Shown here: positions 43,623-52,873 of the stretch, in pieces
How positions within the stretch are numbered: position 1 is the first letter of the stretch
Layout of the letters: each line of letters begins with the position of its first letter
DNA from: an uncultured delta proteobacterium
GTDB taxonomy: Bacteria > Myxococcota_A > Polyangia > Polyangiales > Houyiibacteriaceae
Assembly: GCA_963699755.1 (NCBI GenBank)
Contig: CAVOVB010000001.1
Span: forward strand, 1,856,001-1,920,000
Direction of reading: 5' to 3'
Length of the DNA stretch: 64,000 nucleotides
Translations under genes and position numbers: made by a program
Notes under the pieces: model-generated
The model's database searches: none
What the model was told of the DNA's origin: nothing
The model's input: only the letters and a program-made list of their open reading frames with translations

Positions 43623-44512
43623 GCGATGAGCTGGATTGCCGAAGGAAGGACATCGATCGCAAGGGGCGTCAGGTGGTAGAGGTCGCCGTCGATCAGCACG
43701 GCTTGAAACGCGGGGTTCACGAATTCCACCCGGTCGACTTGCCGCGTCCAGACCTGATCGAGATCGGTGTGCGTTCCCGAAAAGATGCGGGCGAACGCGC
43801 TCACGAGGGCAGCTCTGCGGAGCGGCCCGGCCCGAACGACGTCGAGCAGGCCGTCGGCGACTCGAGCTTCCGGCGCCATCCGCATCGAACCACCCGTGTA
43901 CTGGCTGTTGGAGAACGAGCTGAGGACCGTGCGCGCCTCATCGGTCGCGCCCGCATAGCGAAGCGTGTTCTCTTCGTACCGGAGCCGCACGACGCAAACC
44001 AGGACTGCAGCAACATACCCCGCTGCACCGAGAAATTTGAAGCGCTCGTTGGTGAGCTCGCCGGCGCGCGCGACGAAACCGGTCCCCATCGTATTGATGA
44101 AATGCAGGACGCCGTCTTCGTGCGTCAGGCGGAGCACGTCGATGGGGGTGCTCTTGCCTCGAACGATCGCATCGGTGGCGACTTGAAGGTCGGCGATACC
44201 GAAGTCGCGCAAAAAGGAGTTGCCCGTTCCGAGCGGAAGCATGGCCAGCGCGCATTCGCCAGCAACGCCGGAGGCCATGAGTCCGTTGACGACCTCGGCG
44301 GCAGTTCCATCACCGCCGACCGAAAGAAAACGCCGACAACCGTTACTGGCTGCGCGCCTTGCGAGCTCAGTCGCGTGCTTCGGCTCCTCGGTAAACGCGA
44401 CCTTCAGCGACAGTCCGCGATGCTCCAATGCATCGAGGGCCTCCGGTGCGGCTTTTGCGCACCGTCCGCCAGCCGCCGTTCGGTTGACGATTGCGTAGTA
44501 GGCGTCGCTCAC
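43619..44512 (-). CDS. Diacylglycerol/sphingosine kinase family lipid kinase
   Basis: VGGDGT, PLGTGNSF, NSQYTGG and IDGD. Confidence 0.9.
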   Translation of the reverse strand: MSDAYYAIVNRTAAGGRCAKAAPEALDALEHRGLSLKVAFTEEPKHATELARRAASNGCRRFLSVGGDGTAAEVVNGLMASGVAGECALAMLPLGTGNSFLRDFGIADLQVATDAIVRGKSTPIDVLRLTHEDGVLHFINTMGTGFVARAGELTNERFKFLGAAGYVAAVLVCVVRLRYEENTLRYAGATDEARTVLSSFSNSQYTGGSMRMAPEARVADGLLDVVRAGPLRRAALVSAFARIFSGTHTDLDQVWTRQVDRVEFVNPAFQAVLIDGDLYHLTPLAIDVLPSAIQLIA

Positions 44513-45655
44513 GGTGCGTCAGAGCTTGCTGCAGGTACCGGTTTCACGCGCAGGACTTTGCCATCACCGCTCCCGCCGTCGTTGGTAATGTAGAGTGAGC
44601 CGTCCGGGCCCTGCCGGGGTGTGCGGAGGCGGCCTTGGTCATCGATGGCGCGTTCTTCGCCGGTCACCTCGCCCTCGGCGTCGACGAAGTAGATGTGCAG
44701 GTGCTCGGCCTTCAAAGTGGCTACCGCGAGGGCTCCAGCCCAGTTGCCCCAGGCACTGCCTTCGAGGAACGTCGCCCCCGCCAGCGCGAGGGTGGGCGAG
44801 CCGCTCGACCAGACCGCGGGCACCGCAGCTCGGGAACTTCTCCAGATCGGTCATCGGCACCGACTCGTTGTACCCTGGCACCGGATCCCAGCCGAAGTTG
44901 CCAGCGACGAGCCGATTGATTTCGTCGTCAATCGACGGACCGTGCTCAGCCGACATCCCGATTCCGTCGGATCGAAATGCCATCCCTTGGATGTTGCGAT
45001 GCCCGTTCGAGTACCATCGAAACCCGCCAGCGTTGTCGGGCGCGGCTGCGCCTTCCCGATCGACGCGGAGCACTTTTCCGCCAAGGGAGTCGTCATCTTG
45101 CGGGTTCGTCCCAATTGCCGCATCGCCAGTGCCGATCCACAGAAAACCATCCGGCCCGAAGCGCGGCCGACATCCACTGTGCCGTCCCGTGCTGTAGGGC
45201 ATCCCCGTCACGATGTCCTCGCGCGCAAGCACGGCGCCTCCGTCGGGGGTGCGCAATGTGAGCCGCAGCAATCGAACATCGTTGTCGCCGCCCGCGTTTG
45301 ACGTGGTGCAAACGTAGACGTAGCCGTTGTTGGCGAAGTCCGGGTCGACCTCGAGCCCCATCATGCCGCCTTCGCCCCGCGGCACGACGTCGTCTGGTGC
45401 CACGACGAAGGGCGCGGCGCCGACGCCATCGACGTAGACATGTAGACGGCCGGGCCGCTCGGTCACCAAGACAGTCCCGTTGGGAAGCCAGGCGATGTCC
45501 CAGGGCTTTTCGAGGCCGACGATGAAGTCGTCCACCTCCAAATCGATGTCGGTCGGCCCGCCGGGGCCGCTGCAGCCTCCGGCGCCGCAGCCATCACCGC
45601 CGCAGCTCGTGATCAGGAGGCATAGCGAGAGGAGGAACGACAGCGCAGGTTTCAT
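44509..45655 (-). CDS. PQQ-dependent sugar dehydrogenase family lipoprotein (frameshift near 44825)
   Basis: Lipobox ITSC, GLEKPW, TERPG, GEGGMMG, HSGCR, GHRNIQG and QGPDGSLY. Confidence 0.85.
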
Positions 45656-47582
45656 GGCGCGGTCACCTCGAAGGACGGGCTTTCTGCGTGGAACGTGCGG
45701 AGCTCGTCGCTGCCTTCCTGTTTCTCGCTCCCGTGAAAGATCACACGATGAGTGCCGGGTGTGGCGTCATCCGGAATCTGCCAGTGGATGGTGACCGTAA
45801 ACGCTTCGTTGATCGGCGGAGGAGGCTCCGCGAAAGGATCGAGCGGATCATAGGGCGGGATCGTGCGACTCGACTGGGTCCACGTGCCCTTCGTCGACCC
45901 ATCGCTTTCGGTGGCGACCGTCGTCCATTCCGCTGTCTGCAAGCCGCTGGATCTCGAAGTGTCGGGAGCCTTGGCGGAATGCGTTGTCGGGGTGTCCTGT
46001 CCAAAACGAGACCGACATCGTCGCGCCGGCGCGTACGAGGCATCGGGTCGACTGGCAGATCTCCCCGAAGGCCGCGTCGGCGGGAGGTTCGTCGAAGTCG
46101 TTTCCCAAGGCATTGGACGCGACCAAGTTCCGCAGGTCTCCCGCGTCTAGCGAGCTTGCTCCAGGTGAGCCGTCGGCAAGCGCTTGGGCGAGGCGATCGA
46201 CCTCTTGTTGAAACGCGGGCAGGGTCCACGGGCCGAACAGGGTGTGGCCGCCCTCGTATTGTTGAATGGCATACTCCTCCGGGGTCGTGATGTAACCGGC
46301 ATAGTCGTTCGTGTACCCGGCGATCATGATGTACTTGGCCTCGGCGCCCAGCACGGCTCGGACCGTGTCGCGCAGCCTGCGCCCCGACATGGTGGTCGCC
46401 TCGCTCGGTACGAACACGATTGCGAGCTGCCCGAGTTTTGCGATCCCGACCGGGAGGGGATCTTGCTGCTCTTTCGGATACAGAATCGGTTTCGGCGCAT
46501 GGCAGGCGCGGAGCTCATCGCCGATGGGAGGAGGCGAAACCACCAGCTCGACAAGAGCGTCAATCGAGGAATCGCGCTCGAGCATCCCCTCCATGAACAA
46601 GGGGTGGCCGCCGCCATCTTCGGTCGAGCCGCCCGCGAAGGCATAGCCGTACGCAGGAAAACAGGTCTTCTGCGGCCCGGCTCCGGTGAACGCGTCGTCA
46701 ACTTCCAGCGCTGTGAAATCCACGGTATCAAGTCGATAGTCCAATCCGCCACGAAGCGGCTCCGATGCGGAACCGAGAAGCGCCATCGCGACGTCCAGCT
46801 GTCGCTCTCCGATGATGCGCGCGCTGTCGTAGTCGTCGACACCTGGGCCCGAATTGTCGAGGTTGAGATTGCGTGACATCTCCGCAGTTGCTCTGTGCGA
46901 AAGCCGCAACGAACTGCGGGGTCGTGTCGTTTCGCTCGAGCGCGTCGCTCCATTTCGAAGGACGCAGTCCCTTTGTGATCGGCCGAGACCAGCAGGTTGT
47001 TGTACGTGAGCGACGTAGGGTGAACGGCGAACCAACTCAGCGCGCCGATGATCCCGTCTTCTCCCTCGAGCTTGAGAAGGGTCATCTCCTTGTCGGTGTC
47101 GTCGAGGTAGCGCGCGCGCTCCGCCTCTGGGTTTTGGGCGTAGGCGTTGGCCGAGCGATTGGCGCCAGCTGCTTCGACCTTCCGTTGACCGAGCAGGATT
47201 CGCCCAGGTTGCAGGCTTTCGTGCGCCGACTCGATGGCGTCAGTGATTCCCTGCACGACCGCACGAAGTACGCTTGCGGAATGGATCTCTCGGAACGTAT
47301 TGTTTGCTGGCGGCTCGACATCCGCGTGCGCATCGGACCCCCAACACCGGGCGCTTCCGTCCAGCAAGAGCCCGCAGCTGTGCTCTCCCCAAGCCGCCAA
47401 CTGTGAGAACCGAGGGCCGACGGCTCCGCCCGCGCCTGCCGTCTCCGCCCGAACCGCTGCCACCGGCGCTCCCCCCAGCGCCGCCGCTGCCAGCTGGGCC
47501 ATCCTCCGCCGAGCCGCCGCAACCGGTCGCCAACACAAACGTGAGCACCAGCAGCATCGATATTTTCGTGAGCGACGCGCAT
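45652..47582 (-). CDS. Neutral/alkaline ceramidase-like lipoprotein with a partial RCC1-like N-terminus; frameshifted and missing the ceramidase N-terminal part
   Basis: Lipobox ATGC and Gly linker, HSCGLLLDGSARCWGS, then GANRS, WFAVHPTS, SADHKG, PSEATTMSGRRLR, GYITTPEEY and QQYEGGHTLFGP. Confidence 0.82.
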
Positions 47583-47605
47583 AAATCCTCCCCTTGTGAA
47601 ACAAC

Positions 47606-47620
47606 GCAAGTCGCGTGCCA
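47606..47620 (-). promoter_or_regulatory. Sigma-54 (-24/-12) promoter
   Basis: Minus-strand TGGCAC-GCGAC-TTGC with canonical spacing, just upstream of the GGAGG SD and ATG 47582. Confidence 0.8.
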
Positions 47621-47623
47621 TCG

Positions 47624-47640
47624 GTAAACGCTCCGTTTAC
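47624..47640. promoter_or_regulatory. 7-3-7 palindrome, operator-like
   Basis: GTAAACG-CTC-CGTTTAC sits 3 nt from the -24 box. Confidence 0.55.
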
Positions 47641-47895
47641 ATGGGAATGGGCCGCGCAGGGCCCGCAATTGCTGCGTCTGGATGCATCCGCTGACGCAGC
47701 GTCGCCCCGGCGTCTTGCCCGGCTCTTCACCTTCACGCTGGACGGTCTTCTTCTCCTCGCGGATGGAATCGGCCGTGCAACCGAGCCAATAGATCCAAGG
47801 CGGGAGCGGAACATCGACTGCTGCTGAGCGTACGGGACGGGAACGCCCGGTATTCCTGGTCTAAGCCCGGTGAGTACGCTACCCCGCTACCAGCC

Positions 47896-49041
47896 ATGAC
47901 TGCAGCCATTCCCACTCGCATCGTGCCGAGCGTCGGGCCCGCCGATCGGACCCCTCGCCAAGTGGCCCAGGAATTCCACAAGCTTCTCGATTCAGGCGCG
48001 AAGCTACGTCCAGCAGGAGAAGCGAAAGACGACCCGAACGGGCTCCTGTCTTCTGGGTACACGCCCAAGTATGAGATCTCACTTTTCGACACTCGGTTCT
48101 TTCTGACGAACGTTCGGCAGAATCCCGCACTGCGTTTCTTCGTGGCCTACGTCGTGCAGCGTCACCCGAGGACAGGCCGAGAGGAGATCTTTCCCCGCAT
48201 CTTCTACAAAGACTTGTCTCTGATCTGGCGCGCCGCCTCGCATGTGATCGCGACCGATGGTGATTTCTGGATCGGCAAAGGCGACGTCAAGGTACTGGCT
48301 CGCGGCGGTTATGAAATCACGGAGTGCGTCGAGTCGACCACAGATCTGCCTTTTGAGATGCAAACCGCGCTCGAAACGCTCAACCGCAGGACGCGACACG
48401 CGCTAAACGACGAGGAAGCGCTCTACCTTCTGCTCCGGAGCGCGCCGAGCTCGCGGACAAGGCCGTATCGAGATTTTGCCGAGCCACGACGCAAGGCCGC
48501 GGCCAATCGCCGGAACCTCATCAACGGCGGCCGCAGCATCGCTCGGTTCACGCGGAAGAACGACCCAACCTCGCTCGAGATCGTCGCTGGCTTCGAGCCG
48601 GACTTCGCAAAAGGCATCTTGGAGATCAGCGAGCTGAGGAGTGCGATGTACGGCGGGAACCTTCAGAGGTTTCGCATCCTCTCGCGCAACCGAAAGGTGC
48701 AGTACCTGTTTGTGGCAGCCCCCAAGCACGTGTGGATCATTCCCCCTCAGGCCACGACGACCGAGCTCTCGTCGTTCGGGGTTCGCACCATCGATGTCGT
48801 TGCGGACGAAGACTTGTTCGTGCCGGGCTTCGAGTATCACTACTTCGACGAAGACGCCGATGCCTCGGAGCACTTCAGTCAAATCCCAGAGGGGTTTGCC
48901 GGGGAATTGTGTGAGCATGACAACGATCGCGCGGATGCGTCGGCCTGGCTCGACCCGATTCCCGTGATCCGGGAGTTTCGTCGCAAGGTGCTGGGATCGA
49001 ATCGCAAAAGGGGGTTGTCGGTCAACGCCTTCCAAGGGTAG
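47896..49041 (+). CDS. Hypothetical soluble protein
   Basis: Intact 381-aa ORF with protein-like composition and no motif I recognise. Confidence 0.7.
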   Translation: MTAAIPTRIVPSVGPADRTPRQVAQEFHKLLDSGAKLRPAGEAKDDPNGLLSSGYTPKYEISLFDTRFFLTNVRQNPALRFFVAYVVQRHPRTGREEIFPRIFYKDLSLIWRAASHVIATDGDFWIGKGDVKVLARGGYEITECVESTTDLPFEMQTALETLNRRTRHALNDEEALYLLLRSAPSSRTRPYRDFAEPRRKAAANRRNLINGGRSIARFTRKNDPTSLEIVAGFEPDFAKGILEISELRSAMYGGNLQRFRILSRNRKVQYLFVAAPKHVWIIPPQATTTELSSFGVRTIDVVADEDLFVPGFEYHYFDEDADASEHFSQIPEGFAGELCEHDNDRADASAWLDPIPVIREFRRKVLGSNRKRGLSVNAFQG

Positions 49042-49068
49042 AAGAGCTTGAGAGCCGCCCCCCTGCCG

Positions 49069-50512
49069 ATGTCGCACACCTTCTACGAACGCCTTTCCGC
49101 TTTGGATGCCTCCTTCCTCGGTTTCGAGGAGCAGAACACGCGCTGGCACGAAGCAGCGGTCATGGTCTTCGACGCGGGCCCTCTACGAACCGAGAACGGT
49201 GGGCTCGATTTCGAAAAAATCGTCCACAACTACGAGTGGTGTTTCGACCGGGTTCCCCGCTATCGCCAACGGCTCGTCAAGATTCCGCTCTTCGACCATC
49301 CGATTTGGGTCGACGACGAGAGCTTCAACGTGCGCTATCACGTTCGACAAATCGCGCTCGCCGCGACCCGCCGATGAGCGCGTCCTAAAACGCGTCTGTG
49401 GGTATTTGCTGGAGCTCCCGCTCGATATCGACAAGCCGCCTTGGGAAGTCTGGGTGGTCGACGGCCTCGAGAACGACAGGTTTGCGCTGGTCACGAAAGT
49501 CCATCACTGCATGGCCGACGGCATCTCGGGCGTGAGCATCATCCAGACTCTGCTGGGTCGCCGTCCCTTCGAGCGCGAGGGCCGGCCGAAGCCATGGAAA
49601 CCCCGTCCCGCGCCGCAGCGCACGGAGCTCTTCGCAACCGAGCTCGTTCGCCGCATCCAAGCGCCGTTTGAGCTCCTCGCGCCGCTCAGGCGGCCGAGCG
49701 CCGCATTGCAGGAGGCGCGCGATGTCGTCCAAGGTCTCGTGGAGGCCTCGAAGCTGGGCTGGCGGGCTGCGACCAAGACGCCTTTCAATCCCGACGGCGT
49801 TGGCCCGCATCGCCGTTTCGACTGGACCGAAGTCTCGATGCGCGAGATCAAAGAGGTGAGGTCCGGTCTCGGCGGGACGATCAACGACGTGGTGTTGACC
49901 ACGGCTGCGGGCTCGTTTGGACGGTACCTCCGCGAGCATGCGACCAGCACGGACGACATCGACTTCCGAACGCTGATTCCAGTCAACGTCCGGAAGGACA
50001 CGGAGAAGGGCATCGGCAATCGGGTTGCGATGATCATGGCCCGGCTGCCGGTCGGTGAGCGCGATCCGGCGGCCCGCCTGGAGTGTGTCATTGAGACCAC
50101 ACAGGAGCTCAAGCACAGCAAGCAAGCACTCGGAGTGGCCTGGCTCGAGGGCCTTGCCGATCGAATCGGTGGCCGCTTCTTCGCCCAGCTCAGTCGCTCG
50201 GCCACTCGAAATCGACCGTTCAATGTCGTCGTCACCAACGTCCCTGGCCCGTCCATGCCGCTCTACTTCCTGGGCTCCGAGATGCAGGCAATCTATCCCA
50301 TGATGCCGCTCTTTCCCAATCAGGCGCTCGCGCTCGCCGTGCTCAGCTACGCGGGCAAGGTTTTCTGGGGCTTCAACTCGGATTGGGACGCGCTGCCAGA
50401 CGTTCACAACATCGTTGAGGGCGTCGGCGAGCAATTTCGCGAGCTTCACACCGCCGCGCAGCTACGAGCCTGCAGCAGCCAGAAATCGACCGCAATCCCC
50501 ACCCGGAGTTGA
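49069..50512 (+). CDS. Wax ester synthase / diacylglycerol O-acyltransferase (frameshift near 49365)
   Basis: RLSALDASFL, HHCMADG, GTINDVVL and VTNVPGP. Confidence 0.92.
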
Positions 50513-50513
50513 G

Positions 50514-51008
50514 ATGAGTGAATCAGGTACCGGTCTCCCGCTGAGCCTACGCAAGCAAGACATCTTTTTCGTCCTCTGCTTTTCGTTCTTTGCGTTTTCG
50601 TCGTTCTTCTCGGACTCCTGGCATGCGCTCGGACTGCTCGAAGGGGACGGATTCTGGCCTGCCGCAAACCGCTGGTACGGCGAACTCGCGCAGGACCATT
50701 TCTTCGAGGGCGATCACCAATTCGTCCGGGTCAACACCGGCATCTCCGGCATGATCTTCGGGCCGTTCTATCTCGTGCTCGTCTACGCGTTCATCAAGGG
50801 GAAGAACTGGATCCGGCCGATGGCGCTCGTCTACGTTGGCGCGATGTTGCACGGCTGCACCGAGTTCCTGATCTACGAATACTGGATAGGACCTCCCCCG
50901 GGCAAGCCGTTGATCTTTTGGGCGTTCAACGGGCCTTACTGGGTCGTTCCATTCCTGCTGGGCATTCGCATGTGGAAGCCCAATCCGTTCGGGGCTGCTT
51001 CAGCCTGA
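50514..51008 (+). CDS. EXPERA/EBP-domain membrane protein
   Basis: About four TM helices, WYGELAQD and FNGPYWVVP; starts right after the WS/DGAT stop. Confidence 0.6.
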   Translation: MSESGTGLPLSLRKQDIFFVLCFSFFAFSSFFSDSWHALGLLEGDGFWPAANRWYGELAQDHFFEGDHQFVRVNTGISGMIFGPFYLVLVYAFIKGKNWIRPMALVYVGAMLHGCTEFLIYEYWIGPPPGKPLIFWAFNGPYWVVPFLLGIRMWKPNPFGAASA

Positions 51009-51032
51009 CGGTCGTTCGCTTGGCGTGGGCGC

Positions 51033-52772
51033 TCAGGCGCAACGGGCGCTGCTGCTACTCTGCTGCGGGCGCTTCGCTTTCGCGCTTGGTTTCACCTTGG
51101 CGCGTGGATCCCATCGCCGGAATTGCGCGCGAGGGTTTCGCTTGTCCGGCCGGGCCACCGCTCGCTCGAAACGCTGCGCCTCGCTGGCCGAGATGTCTAC
51201 GGTCGAGCTCTTCGGGGAGACCCGAATCGCGCCCACGACTTCGCTCGACACGTCGCCTCGCCGGCAGACCATCGCTAGGAGCTTTCTCGTGTCAGCGCCC
51301 GCCTGTCCGCCCCAGCTGACTTGATAGGTGATGAAATCGCCTTGTGGTCGCTGCCGCGATTGCCCCTTCGGACCCACCTTGCGAGGGCTGCGCTCGTGGC
51401 GTGCGGGCTTGGCATCGTCTCGGACGCGCTTTGGGGTTCCTTGGCTGCGCTCCGTTTCTCGTTTCAGGAGGCAGGCCACGAGCTCCGCGGGCGAATGCTC
51501 GGCGAGCAGGCGTTCGGCTAGATCCTTCGCCCGGCCGTCCGGCTCATTGGACTGATTCGCGAGGTCGCGAAGAAAGCTTTCGCCAGTGCGCTCGTCGGCG
51601 GCCGCGAAAATCTCCTCTGGTGTCGGAATGGGGACCAGACGCGCATCCACGCGCGCGGCCCGCAGCGTGCTCTGGACTCGGCGCTCGGCGTGCGCGGCCG
51701 CAAACAGCACGTTGGTGCCGCGCCGTCCGGCTCGCCCGGTGCGTCCGCTCCGGTGGGTGAATACGTCGGCGTTGTCGGGGAGGTCGACTTGAATCACCCG
51801 GCCGATGTCTTGCACGTCGAGGCCGCGCGCCGCGACGTCTGTGGCGACGAGGTAACGAACGGCGCCGTTTCGAAACTGAGTGAATGTCGCGGTTCGCTCG
51901 CGCTGGGTCATTTCGCCATTGAGCGCACGCGCCGCGAGGCCGGCCGCGCAAAGCTCATCGGCAAGTCGAACCGTTTCCGTTCGGGTTCGCACGAAGAGAA
52001 GGGTCTTGTCATCCGGGTAGCGGAGCAAGACGTTGATCGCCGCATGGAATCGATCAGCTTGGCGGACGTGCATCACGAGGTGCTCGATGTCGGCGTTCGC
52101 CTTGCCGAGCGCCGTACCTTGTACCGAGACGGCGTCTTGCTGGAGCCGGTCCGCGAGTCTCACCACTTCGCGTGGAAACGTCGCCGACACCAGGTGGGTG
52201 CGACGGGCCTCGGGCGCGAAGCCGAGGATGCCGTCGAGCTCCTCCTCGAAGTTCATATCGAGCATCTCATCGGCTTCGTCGAGCGCGATGGTCTTGAGCT
52301 GATCGAGCTTCAGGGCGCCGGCCTTCAGATGATCGAGAAGACGACCAGGAGTGCCAATGACGACCTGGGGAAGGGTGGACAGCTGATATCGCTCCTGCAT
52401 CACGCTGGTGCCACCGGTCACCACGAGGACACGGGCCCCGAGCGGTTCGTAGAGCCAGCGAAGCTCACGCCCGAGCTGGCCCGCGAGCTCGCGAGTCGGG
52501 GCGACGAGCAGAGTCACCGGGGCGGCCGCAATGGACTTGCGGGACTTCTTCGGCTTGGCCGTGGCAGCGGCGATCGCGACGGAGGGCGCCAGGAGCAGCC
52601 CCAGGGCCACCGTTTTTCCGGATCCCGTTTGGGAGGAAATTCGCAAATCGCGACCCTCCAACCCGGGGTCCAAAATGGCCTGCTGTATGGCGGTGAAGCT
52701 CTCAAAACCGGCGTTGCGCAAGGCGGCGCCGAGGCCCGCGGGGGCCTGCTCTAGGGAAAGTAACTCAGACAT
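51033..52772 (-). CDS. DEAD-box RNA helicase with DbpA-like C-terminal domain
   Basis: SQTGSGKT, PTRELA, TPGR, DEAD, SAT, ARGLD and HRSGRTGR. Confidence 0.95.
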   Translation of the reverse strand: MSELLSLEQAPAGLGAALRNAGFESFTAIQQAILDPGLEGRDLRISSQTGSGKTVALGLLLAPSVAIAAATAKPKKSRKSIAAAPVTLLVAPTRELAGQLGRELRWLYEPLGARVLVVTGGTSVMQERYQLSTLPQVVIGTPGRLLDHLKAGALKLDQLKTIALDEADEMLDMNFEEELDGILGFAPEARRTHLVSATFPREVVRLADRLQQDAVSVQGTALGKANADIEHLVMHVRQADRFHAAINVLLRYPDDKTLLFVRTRTETVRLADELCAAGLAARALNGEMTQRERTATFTQFRNGAVRYLVATDVAARGLDVQDIGRVIQVDLPDNADVFTHRSGRTGRAGRRGTNVLFAAAHAERRVQSTLRAARVDARLVPIPTPEEIFAAADERTGESFLRDLANQSNEPDGRAKDLAERLLAEHSPAELVACLLKRETERSQGTPKRVRDDAKPARHERSPRKVGPKGQSRQRPQGDFITYQVSWGGQAGADTRKLLAMVCRRGDVSSEVVGAIRVSPKSSTVDISASEAQRFERAVARPDKRNPRAQFRRWDPRAKVKPSAKAKRPQQSSSSARCA

Positions 52773-52873
52773 GAAGCGGCTTTTGTAGCACAGACTCCCC
52801 AAAGCACACGGCGAGGCCGCAGGGGCGCTGCTAGCGCGAGAAGCCACCGAGTTTTTCTTAGCCAATCTGGACG

